Source: Spirochaetes bacterium GWF1_49_6 (GTDB lineage: Bacteria > Spirochaetota > Brevinematia > Brevinematales > GWF1-51-8). Taken from it: a stretch of 26,086 nt of DNA. Under the pieces are notes generated by a model. It was not told where the DNA came from and ran no database searches. It worked only from the letters and a program-made list of their open reading frames with translations. The position numbers and the translations under genes were made by a program. Below, one piece after another: positions 16,836 through 26,086 of the stretch (its first letter is position 1; each line of letters begins with the position of its first letter). The stretch lies in contig MIBD01000123.1 in the NCBI GenBank assembly GCA_001829395.1, positions 3,795-29,880 of the forward strand. The letters run 5' to 3'.

Positions 16836-17252
16836 TTATATTCCTACACGCGAGACAAACTTCACGAGTATCGGGAGTTTGTGACTGGCGAGTCTGAACG
16901 CTTCTTTTGCGGTCGCTTCATCGACGCCGCCTACCTCGAACATGACGCGTCCGGGTTTAACCACAGCGACCCAACCCTCAGGCTGGCCTTTACCTTTTCC
17001 CATACGAACGCCTTCCCCTTTCGCCGTATACGGCTTATCGGGAAATACGCGTATCCACATCTTCGCGCCCTTGGTGAGCTTACGGTTCGCGGCTACACGG
17101 GCGGCTTCTATCTGGCGCTCGGTAATCCACTTCGGTTCGAGAGCTATAATCCCGAAATCCCCGAAATTAACCTTGTCGCCTTTGTTTGCATTGCCCTTTA
17201 TTGTTCCGCCGCGCTGCTGTTTGCGGTATTTTGACTTATTCGGGAAAAGCAT
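16836..17252 (-). CDS. rplP: 50S ribosomal protein uL16
   Basis: [38 protein letters not shown]. Confidence 0.98.
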   Translation of the reverse strand: MLFPNKSKYRKQQRGGTIKGNANKGDKVNFGDFGIIALEPKWITERQIEAARVAANRKLTKGAKMWIRVFPDKPYTAKGEGVRMGKGKGQPEGWVAVVKPGRVMFEVGGVDEATAKEAFRLASHKLPILVKFVSRVGI

Positions 17253-17273
17253 TGCAGTCTCCTTTTTCTATTG

Positions 17274-17888
17274 TTACCGGCAAATCCACACTTTGATACC
17301 GATCACGCCCATTTCCGTATAGGACTGGGACATGCAGTAATCGATGTCCGCGCTGAGAGTGCTCAACGGGATTCTGCCTTCTTTAAATTCTTCCGTACGG
17401 GCGATTTCAGCGCCGTTGAGACGGCCGGAAATACGTATCTTGATACCCTTTGCTCCGGCTTTGATCGAGTTCCTGATGGACTGGCGTATCGCGCGCTTAT
17501 ACGAGATACGGCGTTCGATCTGACGGGCTATATCCTGTCCCGCAACCGATGCGTCGAGTTCGGGAACCTTTATCTCCTTGACGGAAAGATTGATCTTCTT
17601 ATTGGGAACCAGCTTCTCGAGCTTTTTGTTGAGCTCTTCGATTTCAGCGCCCTTGCGCCCGATCAGGATACCCGGCTTCGCGCAGCTGACCGTGACATTC
17701 ACGAGCTGGGGGAAACGGGCAATCTCGATACGTGCAATAAATGCCCGAGCGTATTCTTTCTTTAAGAACTTGCGGATTGTAAAATCTTCTTTCAGATAAT
17801 TTACAAATTCCTTTTCGCTATACCACATAGAGTCCCATGTGCGAATAATACCTATGCGAATGCTCTGGGGATTAACTTTCTGTCCCAT
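17274..17888 (-). CDS. rpsC: 30S ribosomal protein uS3 (short, 204 aa)
   Basis: MGQKVNP, KPGILIGRKG, ISGRLNGAEIAR, GRIPLSTL, GIKVWI. Confidence 0.97.
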   Translation of the reverse strand: MGQKVNPQSIRIGIIRTWDSMWYSEKEFVNYLKEDFTIRKFLKKEYARAFIARIEIARFPQLVNVTVSCAKPGILIGRKGAEIEELNKKLEKLVPNKKINLSVKEIKVPELDASVAGQDIARQIERRISYKRAIRQSIRNSIKAGAKGIKIRISGRLNGAEIARTEEFKEGRIPLSTLSADIDYCMSQSYTEMGVIGIKVWICR

Positions 17889-17900
17889 CGGAAATTCTCC

Positions 17901-18254
17901 TTACTTCTTCTCTTCAGGCGCGGGGAGCGCAACTGTTACTACAAGATGCGAATTGCCTTTCATCAGCATATCCGCCCGGCCTCTCGCACGGGGAAGCCAT
18001 CTTTTCAGATAAGGCGCCTGATCCGCGCAAATTTTCGTGATTACGAGATTATCGGCGGTCTCTTCGGGGTTCACATTCTTAAAGTTCGCCTGCGCCGAAT
18101 GAATCACCTTGTATGCCATTTTCGCGCCCTTATTCGGCAATACCCGCAATAATGCGAGCGCGTCTTTAACACTTTTACCGCGCACGATATTGATAATCTT
18201 TCTAAGCTTCAGTACGGAAATGCGGAGATATCTCCCGAATGCTTTCGCTTCCAT
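17901..18254 (-). CDS. rplV: 50S ribosomal protein uL22
   Basis: RIS..KLR, VRGK, LKRWLPRARGRA, SHL. Confidence 0.96.
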   Translation of the reverse strand: MEAKAFGRYLRISVLKLRKIINIVRGKSVKDALALLRVLPNKGAKMAYKVIHSAQANFKNVNPEETADNLVITKICADQAPYLKRWLPRARGRADMLMKGNSHLVVTVALPAPEEKK

Positions 18255-18271
18255 ATTTCAATCCTATGCTG

Positions 18272-18559
18272 TTATTTAGCGGGGGCCGCTTTCTTTGCGC
18301 CGGAATGTCCGCGAAATACGCGGGTCGGCGAAAATTCCCCAAGTTTATGTCCAACCATGTTCTCATTGACAAAAACAGGGATGAATATTTTACCATTATA
18401 TACCTGAATTGTCAAGCCAATCATCTCAGGAATTATTGTCGAACGTCTCGACCACGTCTTCAGCGTCTTTTTATCGCCGCTGGTCGCTTCCTGAGCAACT
18501 ACCGCTTTCTTATATAATTTCGCGTCCACATAGGGACCTTTCTTAACTGAACGTGACAT
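18272..18559 (-). CDS. rpsS: 30S ribosomal protein uS19
   Basis: [29 protein letters not shown]. Confidence 0.98.
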   Translation of the reverse strand: MSRSVKKGPYVDAKLYKKAVVAQEATSGDKKTLKTWSRRSTIIPEMIGLTIQVYNGKIFIPVFVNENMVGHKLGEFSPTRVFRGHSGAKKAAPAK

Positions 18560-18575
18560 TCATGTTCTCCCGCGT

Positions 18576-19409
18576 TTATTTCTTACGTCTGGAAAGAATA
18601 TACTTACTCGTTGTCTTCTTTTTATCACGGGTCTTGTAGCCCTTCGCGGGTACGCCCGTGCGGCTGACAGGAGTCTTATAACCCTTCTGCTTACCGCGTC
18701 CGCCGCCATGCGGATGGTCATGCGTATTCATCGCGACGCCGCGTACGGTAGGACGGATGCCGAGATGCCGGCTCTTTCCGGCTTTACCGAACACAATGTT
18801 CGAATTGTCCGCGTTACCCACTTCCCCGACAGTGGCGTAGCATTCGCTGAGCACCATACGGATTTCACCGGACGGCATTCTCAGGATTGCATACTTGCCT
18901 TCTTTACCTTCGAGCTTGGCAAACGAGCCTGCGGAACGGGCCATCTGGCCGCCCTTTCCGGGTTTGAGCTCTATATTATGTACGATTGTACCCACAGGTA
19001 TCGCCTTTAACGGCAGTGCGTTCCCGGGAAGGATATCGGAACCGTCGCCCGCGATTATACGTTGGCCGACCTCCATACCCTTGGGGGCGAGGATATACCG
19101 CTTTTCTCCGTCAACATAGTGCAGGAGAGCTATTCTAGCGCTGCGGTTAGGATCGTACTCAATCGTCATAACCTTTGCCTCGACATCGCGTTTATCGCGT
19201 TTGAAGTCGATGACACGGTAGTAACGCTTGTTTCCTCCGCCGCGGTGCCTCGCGGTGATACGGCCCTGGCTGTTTCTGCCGTCGCCGCGTCCGCGCTTCA
19301 TCCCCTCGATCAGGGTCTTTTCCGGTTCGGTCGCCGTGATTTCAACGAAATCGAAGCTAACCTTATGCCGGAGACCGGGATTTATAGGCTTAAAACGTTT
19401 GATTCCCAT
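18576..19409 (-). CDS. rplB: 50S ribosomal protein uL2
   Basis: [41 protein letters not shown]. Confidence 0.98.
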   Translation of the reverse strand: MGIKRFKPINPGLRHKVSFDFVEITATEPEKTLIEGMKRGRGDGRNSQGRITARHRGGGNKRYYRVIDFKRDKRDVEAKVMTIEYDPNRSARIALLHYVDGEKRYILAPKGMEVGQRIIAGDGSDILPGNALPLKAIPVGTIVHNIELKPGKGGQMARSAGSFAKLEGKEGKYAILRMPSGEIRMVLSECYATVGEVGNADNSNIVFGKAGKSRHLGIRPTVRGVAMNTHDHPHGGGRGKQKGYKTPVSRTGVPAKGYKTRDKKKTTSKYILSRRKK

Positions 19410-19420
19410 ATTAACCTCTC

Positions 19421-19750
19421 CTATGCCTTGAAGACATCGATCTCGCCCTTCTTCAGGGTGACAATCGCTTTCTTCCAGGTATTAGTGTATCCCGGCACTT
19501 TCTGGTTGCGAAGCCGTTTACGCTTGGGCTTGACAAGTATGGTATTCACTTTGTCGACTTCGACCTTGAATAACTGCTCGACCGCCCGGGTGATCTCAAT
19601 TTTATTCGCATCCTTACTGACTTCGAACGCGTACTTTTTATGTACGTCTTTTTTGCCTTTTCCCTTACCGGATTTCTTCTCATCGGCGTTCATATCGCTC
19701 ACTTTTTCGGTGATGACCGGTCTGATCAGGATTTCACTCGCCAACGACAT
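19421..19750 (-). CDS. rplW: 50S ribosomal protein uL23
   Basis: [34 protein letters not shown]. Confidence 0.97.
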   Translation of the reverse strand: MSLASEILIRPVITEKVSDMNADEKKSGKGKGKKDVHKKYAFEVSKDANKIEITRAVEQLFKVEVDKVNTILVKPKRKRLRNQKVPGYTNTWKKAIVTLKKGEIDVFKA

Positions 19751-19751
19751 T

Positions 19752-20390
19752 TTATTTCTCCACGTTTAATATATTCGAAAACTTCTCATCCAGCTTCTTC
19801 ATAGCGGCTTCCACCACGAAGATTCTCGCCGCGTAAACCAACGGGAGTATGTCGAGATTATCCACCGACAGACAGGTCACGTTGGTAAGGTTCTGCGCGC
19901 CAAGCACCATATTTTTATCATAATCGGGAACCACGACTACTACTCTCTCGTTGACATTCTCCGTAATCCCGGATAACGCCTTCAGGAAATCTTTCGTCTT
20001 GTGGCTTTCGACCTTGAACGAACCGATAACGGAAAGCCGGCCGATCTCATTCATTTTACTGAAGACATACAGGTAAGCCTTGGCTTTCTGCTTCTTGTTG
20101 ACAGACTGCGAAAAATCGCGGGGTTTCGGCCCGAATATAACACCGCCTCCTCTCCATAGAGGTGAACGGGTACTACCGGCACGCGCGCGCCCCAAACCCT
20201 TCTGTTTAAACGGTTTGCGCCCGCCGCCGCGTACTTCAGATTTGGTCTTCGTACTGGCGTTACCCTGACGGTCGTTCGCCAAACGCGCGACTACTACCTG
20301 ATGCAGCACCTTATCGGTGACATCGTCCCACACTTTCGACAGTTTCATGTCGTTCGTCTTGGTTTTCCCTTCGTATACTTCTATCTTCAT
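19752..20390 (-). CDS. rplD: 50S ribosomal protein uL4
   Basis: [37 protein letters not shown]. Confidence 0.97.
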   Translation of the reverse strand: MKIEVYEGKTKTNDMKLSKVWDDVTDKVLHQVVVARLANDRQGNASTKTKSEVRGGGRKPFKQKGLGRARAGSTRSPLWRGGGVIFGPKPRDFSQSVNKKQKAKAYLYVFSKMNEIGRLSVIGSFKVESHKTKDFLKALSGITENVNERVVVVVPDYDKNMVLGAQNLTNVTCLSVDNLDILPLVYAARIFVVEAAMKKLDEKFSNILNVEK

Positions 20391-20404
20391 ATACCGTTCC
20401 TTAC

Positions 20405-21010
20405 TTATGCTTTGATGGCGTCGCGAACCATGACATAGCCGTTGTTCGCACCGGGTACATTACCGCGGATAAAGAGCAGACGTTTTTCAGCGTCGAACTT
20501 CACCAGCTTCTGTCCTAATACAGTCACACGGGTGTTTCCCATATGTCCGGGCATATGCTTGCCCTTGAAAACGTGAGCGGGGAAGGTATGCATACCGATA
20601 GAACCGGTCCGGCGATGCATCTTCGCGCCGTGAGTGGCGGGACCACCGTTGAAGTGCCAACGTTTGATGGCGCCGGCAAAACCGCGTCCCTTCATGATAC
20701 CCGCAATATCTACCTTTTTAATCGAACTCACGGCCTCGGACAATTTCGCGTCGTCATCATAGACTCCGCTGTCCTCGATCCTGATTTCGCGGCAATATCT
20801 CGGTTTCTTGAACTCTTTCTCTTTCCGGCGCACGGTTTTAAAATCGTAACCCAGTATCACGGCGTTGTAACCGTCTTTTTCAGTAGTACGCTTCCCGATT
20901 ATTTCCATATCGGAAAAATCGATCACCGTAACACCGGCTATCGCACCGTTATCATACACTTGGGTCATACCGAGTTTCTTCCCGATTATGCCGACTTTAT
21001 TAGCCTTCAT
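20405..21010 (-). CDS. rplC: 50S ribosomal protein uL3
   Basis: [45 protein letters not shown]. Confidence 0.97.
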   Translation of the reverse strand: MKANKVGIIGKKLGMTQVYDNGAIAGVTVIDFSDMEIIGKRTTEKDGYNAVILGYDFKTVRRKEKEFKKPRYCREIRIEDSGVYDDDAKLSEAVSSIKKVDIAGIMKGRGFAGAIKRWHFNGGPATHGAKMHRRTGSIGMHTFPAHVFKGKHMPGHMGNTRVTVLGQKLVKFDAEKRLLFIRGNVPGANNGYVMVRDAIKA

Positions 21011-21030
21011 TTTTAGCCACCTGTTCCCTA

Positions 21031-21333
21031 TTATTGCTTAATTTCAACATCCACGCCGGCCGGTAACTGCAACTCCATGAGTGCGTTGATCAGGTCGTTA
21101 GTAGGCTCGTAGATATCGATCAGGCGCTTATGTGTTCTCTGCTCGAACTGTTCGCGCGAATTCGCGTTGACATGAGGAGAACGGAGCACCGTAAACTTCT
21201 TCGTCATGGTAGGCAACGGGATAGGGCCGGAGACCCTACCCCCTTTACTTTTTACAGATTCAACAATCGCCTTCGCGGATTTATCGATCAGGCGGGCGTC
21301 GAAAGATTTCAAACGAACTCTTATTCTGCTCAC
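21031..21333 (-). CDS. rpsJ: 30S ribosomal protein uS10
   Basis: GTG start; [31 protein letters not shown]. Confidence 0.98.
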   Translation of the reverse strand: MSRIRVRLKSFDARLIDKSAKAIVESVKSKGGRVSGPIPLPTMTKKFTVLRSPHVNANSREQFEQRTHKRLIDIYEPTNDLINALMELQLPAGVDVEIKQ

Positions 21334-21345
21334 AGACGCCTCTTA

Positions 21346-22545
21346 TTATGCTATTATATCGGTAACGACACCAGCGCCAACCGTACGGCCGCCCTCGCGG
21401 ATAGCGAAGCGCATACCCTTTTCGATAGCAACAGGCACTATCAATTCGATAGTCATGTTGACGTTATCTCCGGGCATCACCATATCAGCGCCCTTGATCC
21501 CCGCAATATTACCGGTAACATCGGCAGTGCGGATAAAGAACTGCGGACGGTACCCGACATGGAACGGGGTCTTACGACCGCCTTCTTCGGGCTTCAGCAC
21601 GAGCACTTCAGCGTCGAACTTCGTGTGCGGAGTGATGGACTTCGGCTTCGCTACGATCATACCGCGGCGAATAGCGTCCTTATCGACACCGCGCAGGAGT
21701 AAACCTACGTTATCGCCCGCCATACCTTCGTCGAGAAGTTTGCGGAACATTTCCACACCGGTTACGACGGAAGTAGTGGTATCCTTGTAACCTATGATTT
21801 CAACAGGATCGTTTACATGAATAATACCGCGCTCGATACCGCCGGTAGCAACCGTACCGCGGCCTGTGATCGAGAAGATATCTTCTATCGACATCAGGAA
21901 GGGCTTATCGGTTTCACGTAAGGGATCCGGGAAATACGAGTCCATAGCATCGCAAAGTTCCTTGATACAATCATAAGCGGGATCGCTCGTGTTAGGAGCT
22001 TCGTACGCCTTGAGGGCGGAACCGCGGATGATCGGGGTATCGTCGCCGGGGAACTTATACTGGGTCAAAAGTTCGCGTATATCCATTTCCACCAGGTCGA
22101 TCAACTCAGCGTCTTCCTTGGATATCTGGTCGCATTTATTTAAAAATACGATAATATTCGGCACGTTAACCTGACGGGCAAGCAACACGTGCTCGCGGGT
22201 CTGGGGCATAACACCGTCGGTCGCCGCGACTACGAGAACCGCACCGTCCATCTGGGCAGCGCCGGTAATCATGTTCTTGATATAGTCGGCGTGTCCGGGA
22301 CAGTCGATATGCGCATAATGGCGCTTATCGGTTTCATATTCGACGTGCGCGGTATTGATCGTTATACCTCTTGCCTTCTCTTCCGGCGCATTATCGATTT
22401 CATCATACTTCTTGACCTTACCGCCGCCCTTACTTGCGAGATACATAGTAATAGTCGCGGTCAAGGTGGTCTTACCGTGATCCACGTGACCTATAGTACC
22501 AACGTTCAGGTGCGTTTTTTTACGTACGAATTTACCTTCAGCCAT
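21346..22545 (-). CDS. tuf: Elongation factor Tu
   Basis: [45 protein letters not shown]. Confidence 0.99.
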   Translation of the reverse strand: MAEGKFVRKKTHLNVGTIGHVDHGKTTLTATITMYLASKGGGKVKKYDEIDNAPEEKARGITINTAHVEYETDKRHYAHIDCPGHADYIKNMITGAAQMDGAVLVVAATDGVMPQTREHVLLARQVNVPNIIVFLNKCDQISKEDAELIDLVEMDIRELLTQYKFPGDDTPIIRGSALKAYEAPNTSDPAYDCIKELCDAMDSYFPDPLRETDKPFLMSIEDIFSITGRGTVATGGIERGIIHVNDPVEIIGYKDTTTSVVTGVEMFRKLLDEGMAGDNVGLLLRGVDKDAIRRGMIVAKPKSITPHTKFDAEVLVLKPEEGGRKTPFHVGYRPQFFIRTADVTGNIAGIKGADMVMPGDNVNMTIELIVPVAIEKGMRFAIREGGRTVGAGVVTDIIA

Positions 22546-22572
22546 TGTATTATTCCTCCTGCTGGTTTTCTT

Positions 22573-24651
22573 CTATTCAGCTTTTAATACATTATCCCAT
22601 AAACTTTTAGGCAGTTCCGCGTAGTGATCGAAAGTCATCACATGGGTAGCGCGTCCCTGTGTCAATGAACGCAGGGTAGTCGTATAACCGAACATTTCAG
22701 CCATCGGCACATGCCCGCTAATCATACGAGCGCTGCCCTTGGGGTCCATTCCGATTATCTTCGCGCGGCGGGAACTCAAATCCCCGATAACATCACCGAG
22801 ATAATCTTCCGGTACCGTAACGTCTGCCTTCATAACCGGTTCGAGGATGACAGGGTCTGCCTGCTGCATCGCGTCCTTGAAGCCCTTCGACGCCGCGATT
22901 TTAAACGCGATTTCCGATGAGTCAACTTCGTGATACGAACCGTCTATTAATATTACCTTAATATCTACAACTTGGAACCCGCCGATAACACCGCTCTCGA
23001 TCGCTTCCTCGACACCTTTCTTGATGGCGGGGATGTATTCCTTCGGTATTCTACCGCCGACTACGCGATCCTCGAACTCGAAGCCCTTTCCGGTTTCCAA
23101 CGGTTCGACTTCCATCAGTACGTGTCCGTACTGACCGCGTCCGCCGGACTGGCGGATATACTTGCTCTCCGCTTTAGCGTGACGCTTGATCGTTTCGCGG
23201 TAGGCGACCTGCGGCTTACCGACATTCGCCTGAACATTGAACTCGCGGATCATACGGTCGACGAGAATTTCCAGATGAAGTTCGCCCATCCCGTAGATCA
23301 ATGTCTGCCCGGTCTCGTCGTCGGTTTTCACCTTGAACGTCGGGTCTTCTTCCTGAAGCTTGCCGAGCACTTCGCTCAGTTTATTAATATCGTCTTTCGT
23401 CCTAGGTTCGATCGCTACCGAGATAACCGGATCCGGGAAGTCGATCGCCTCAAGAATAATAGGATGATTTTCATCCACCACACTATCGCCGGTGGTAGTG
23501 TCCTTAAACCCGACTACCGCGACAATGTCTCCAGCGTACACGACATCTACTTCTTCCCTCTTATTCGCGTGCATGCGTAATAAACGAGCTACGCGTTCCT
23601 TTCTCTGTTTAGCGACATTATAAATATAACTGCCCTTTTCGAGGGTACCGGAATATATCCGGGCGAAAACGAGCTTTCCAACATGCGTATCGACCATCAC
23701 CTTAAACGCCAGCGCGGTTAACGGTTCGCTATCCAACGGCTTGCGAATCTCTTCCTTCCCGTTGTTCGGATTGATACCCTTAATCGGGGGAACATCTCCC
23801 GGAGACGGCAGAAAATTCACCACCGCATCCAACAACAACTGTACGCCTTTATTCTTCAGGGCGGAACCGCAGAGCATAGGATACATTTTACTGGTAATCG
23901 TGGAATGACGAATTCCGCGCAGCATTTCCTCTATACTCAATTCTTCGCCTTCGAGATACTTTTCCATTAAATCGTCGTTCCCGTCGCAAATAGCTTCCAC
24001 TAATTTCAGACGGTATTTCTCGACTTTTTCCTTCATATCGGCCGGGCAGTCGGTTTCTTCGTACTGCTCGTCTTTATCCTTACCGACCCAGACATAAGCC
24101 TTCCGGGTAATCAGATCGATCATACCTACAAAATCGTTTTCAGCGCCTATGGGCAACTGAAGCGGTATAGCAGTAACACCGAGTTTCTTTTCCATCGAAG
24201 TGACGCACATATAGAAGTCGGCGCCAATTTTATCCATTTTATTCACAAATGCTATACGCGGAACATTATACTTATCAGCCTGACGCCATACCGTTTCGGA
24301 CTGAGGCTCGACACCTTCGCCCCCGTCAAAAACCGCAACCGCTCCATCAAGTACGCGTAACGAACGCTCTACTTCGGCGGTAAAGTCCACATGCCCGGGA
24401 GTGTCGATAATATTGATCTTATGCTCTTTCCAGAAACATGTAGTAGCGGCGCTGGTAATAGTGATACCGCGTTCTTTTTCCTGGATCATCCAGTCCATTT
24501 CAGCCGCGCCTTCATGCACTTCACCAATCTTATGTGTTTTACCGGTATAATATAATATACGTTCGGACACCGTCGTTTTACCCGCATCGATATGCGCGGC
24601 GATCCCGATATTTCTTATTTTATCAATTGCGTATTTCTTTTCAGCAGCCAT
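22573..24651 (-). CDS. fusA: Elongation factor G
   Basis: [38 protein letters not shown]-like [17 protein letters not shown]. Confidence 0.99.
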   Translation of the reverse strand: MAAEKKYAIDKIRNIGIAAHIDAGKTTVSERILYYTGKTHKIGEVHEGAAEMDWMIQEKERGITITSAATTCFWKEHKINIIDTPGHVDFTAEVERSLRVLDGAVAVFDGGEGVEPQSETVWRQADKYNVPRIAFVNKMDKIGADFYMCVTSMEKKLGVTAIPLQLPIGAENDFVGMIDLITRKAYVWVGKDKDEQYEETDCPADMKEKVEKYRLKLVEAICDGNDDLMEKYLEGEELSIEEMLRGIRHSTITSKMYPMLCGSALKNKGVQLLLDAVVNFLPSPGDVPPIKGINPNNGKEEIRKPLDSEPLTALAFKVMVDTHVGKLVFARIYSGTLEKGSYIYNVAKQRKERVARLLRMHANKREEVDVVYAGDIVAVVGFKDTTTGDSVVDENHPIILEAIDFPDPVISVAIEPRTKDDINKLSEVLGKLQEEDPTFKVKTDDETGQTLIYGMGELHLEILVDRMIREFNVQANVGKPQVAYRETIKRHAKAESKYIRQSGGRGQYGHVLMEVEPLETGKGFEFEDRVVGGRIPKEYIPAIKKGVEEAIESGVIGGFQVVDIKVILIDGSYHEVDSSEIAFKIAASKGFKDAMQQADPVILEPVMKADVTVPEDYLGDVIGDLSSRRAKIIGMDPKGSARMISGHVPMAEMFGYTTTLRSLTQGRATHVMTFDHYAELPKSLWDNVLKAE

Positions 24652-24663
24652 GCAAAAAACCCC

Positions 24664-25137
24664 TTACCAACGATAATGAGCGAAGGCTTTGTTAGCTTCG
24701 GCCATTTTAATAGTATCAACTTTCTTTTTAATAACCGTACCCGTATTGTTAAACGCGTCGATTAATTCCTTCCCGAGTTTCTCAGCCATAGAATGTTCCT
24801 TTCTCGTGCGGGAGGTATTTACCAGCCAGCGAATGGAAAGTGAATTCTGTCTCGTAGGCCTGACTTCGACAGGTACCTGATAGGTAGCGCCGCCGACGCG
24901 GCGTGAACGGACTTCGATAGGCGGTTTGATATTCTCCATCGCCTTCTCGAGCGCCTGTAACGCGGGCTCGCCGGTTTTCTGAGCAAGAAAATCCATCGCG
25001 CCGTAGACTATTTCGGTCGCGGTAGATTTCTTACCGGCCCACATAATCTGGTTCACGATTTTCGTTACCAACAGGCTCCCATATTTATAGTCCGGCTGTA
25101 TCGGTTGCCGATGGACTTTATTCTTTTTCCTAGGCAT
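24664..25137 (-). CDS. rpsG: 30S ribosomal protein uS7
   Basis: [31 protein letters not shown]. Confidence 0.98.
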   Translation of the reverse strand: MPRKKNKVHRQPIQPDYKYGSLLVTKIVNQIMWAGKKSTATEIVYGAMDFLAQKTGEPALQALEKAMENIKPPIEVRSRRVGGATYQVPVEVRPTRQNSLSIRWLVNTSRTRKEHSMAEKLGKELIDAFNNTGTVIKKKVDTIKMAEANKAFAHYRW

Positions 25138-25150
25138 AGTCCTTCACTCC

Positions 25151-25525
25151 TTATGACTTGGGCTTCTTGGCTCCATACTTGGAGCGGCTGGTCATACGCT
25201 TCTCCACACCCATCGCGTCGAGGGTACCGCGGATAATATGGTAACGGACACCGGGAAGGTCTTTTACACGGCCTCCGCGGATAAGCACAACCGAGTGTTC
25301 CTGAAGGTTGTGGCCGATACCAGGAATATAAGCGGTTACTTCGATACCATGGCTCAACCTGACACGGGCGATCTTACGCAGCGCCGAGTTCGGTTTTTTA
25401 GGAGTCATAGTAGTCACTTTAACACACACACCGCGCTTCTGCGGGTTGCCCCTCAGAGCCGGAGATTTTGTTTTCTTCTTGACTAATTCTCTTCCGAAAC
25501 GAACCAACTGGTTAATCGTCGGCAT
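25151..25525 (-). CDS. rpsL: 30S ribosomal protein uS12
   Basis: [32 protein letters not shown]. Confidence 0.99.
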   Translation of the reverse strand: MPTINQLVRFGRELVKKKTKSPALRGNPQKRGVCVKVTTMTPKKPNSALRKIARVRLSHGIEVTAYIPGIGHNLQEHSVVLIRGGRVKDLPGVRYHIIRGTLDAMGVEKRMTSRSKYGAKKPKS

Positions 25526-25569
25526 ACTTTTTACCTCTTCTCAATATTAAAGCGTAAACGGTGACGTAT

Positions 25570-25598
25570 ATTATAGCGAGCCGTTTTACGTTTGTCAA
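25570..25598 (-). promoter_or_regulatory. Perfect-consensus sigma70 promoter (TTGACA-17-TATAAT) for the rpsL superoperon
   Basis: + strand tgtcaa 25593-25598 and attata 25570-25575, 17-nt spacer, A-rich upstream; GAGG RBS before the rpsL ATG. Confidence 0.88.
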
Positions 25599-25649
25599 TT
25601 TTTAGACATATTAGTTTTGCGCCAATCTTCAAATGCGGAAAAATCAGGC

Positions 25650-26086
25650 TTACTCGTTCGTACGGAGCTTAATTCCCTGGTAATACTTGATGCCCGTTCC
25701 CGCGGGAATCAGCTGTCCGATAACGAGATTTTCCTTCAGTCCCTGAAGTTTGTCGATTGCGCCTCTTAATGCGGCGGTGGAAAGCACTCGGGGTGTTTCC
25801 TGGAACGACGCGGCGGAGAAGAAACTCTCCGTAAAGAGCGACGCTTTCGTCAAACCCATGAGGATAGGCCGGGCCTTGGCAGGCTGCCCTCCTTGGCTGA
25901 TTACGCTTTCATTTTCCCTATTAAAAACTATTTTATCTACATTCTGCCCGATAATGAATTCCGTATCTCCGGCGTCCACTATTTCCACTTTCTTCAACAT
26001 CTGCCGGACAATTATACTGATGTGCTTCTCGTTGATATCCACACCCTGTAGACGGTACACTCCCTGTATCTCGTTCAGGAGGAATT
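25650..26086 (-). CDS. rpoC: RNA polymerase beta-prime subunit, 3' end (partial; continues beyond window)
   Basis: Frame open to window edge: [29 protein letters not shown]...[24 protein letters not shown]...[17 protein letters not shown]. The track's start at 26060 is internal. Confidence 0.97.
   Translation of the reverse strand, partial: FLLNEIQGVYRLQGVDINEKHISIIVRQMLKKVEIVDAGDTEFIIGQNVDKIVFNRENESVISQGGQPAKARPILMGLTKASLFTESFFSAASFQETPRVLSTAALRGAIDKLQGLKENLVIGQLIPAGTGIKYYQGIKLRTNE

Noticed and set aside
21151-21186. uS10 loop [13 protein letters not shown] as a tigecycline-resistance variant
   Set aside because: This loop is naturally variable across phyla; no basis to claim a phenotype.
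25151-25525. Streptomycin-resistance alleles in rpsL
   Set aside because: TPKKPNS and RVKDLPG both carry the wild-type lysines.
25526-25649. Intrinsic terminator or tRNA/ncRNA after rpoC
   Set aside because: No convincing hairpin plus U-tract and no cloverleaf. The region is explained by the rpsL promoter; no RNA gene was seen anywhere in the window.

Overview
Bacterial housekeeping window (roughly 50% GC). About 19.5 kb (6058-25525, minus strand) is one gap-free str + S10 + spc + alpha ribosomal superoperon of 34 genes (rpsL to rplQ plus a truncated EcfT-like gene). It lies downstream of the 3' end of rpoC and has a perfect TTGACA-17-TATAAT promoter. The left 6 kb holds two divergent units. 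Minus strand: DUF624-like membrane protein, a cytoplasmic GAF histidine-kinase-like protein lacking its phospho-His, and a partial MetH-activation-domain-like ORF. Plus strand: hom and a GH13 maltosyltransferase-like enzyme. The standout signal is SecY (550 aa), which carries an in-frame ~108-aa Cys-free CUB-like domain in the TM7-TM8 extracytoplasmic loop. Also notable: a 6 x 8-aa repeat extension on uL5, loss of rpmD from the spc cluster, an extended bL36, and substitutions in normally near-invariant motifs of EF-Tu, uS8, uL2, uL22 and uL3. The gene order and the acidic RpoA tail suggest a deep-branching, possibly spirochaete-like organism (inference only). No RNA genes, mobile elements or CRISPR arrays were seen. 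All family calls come from motif recognition by eye, not from database searches.
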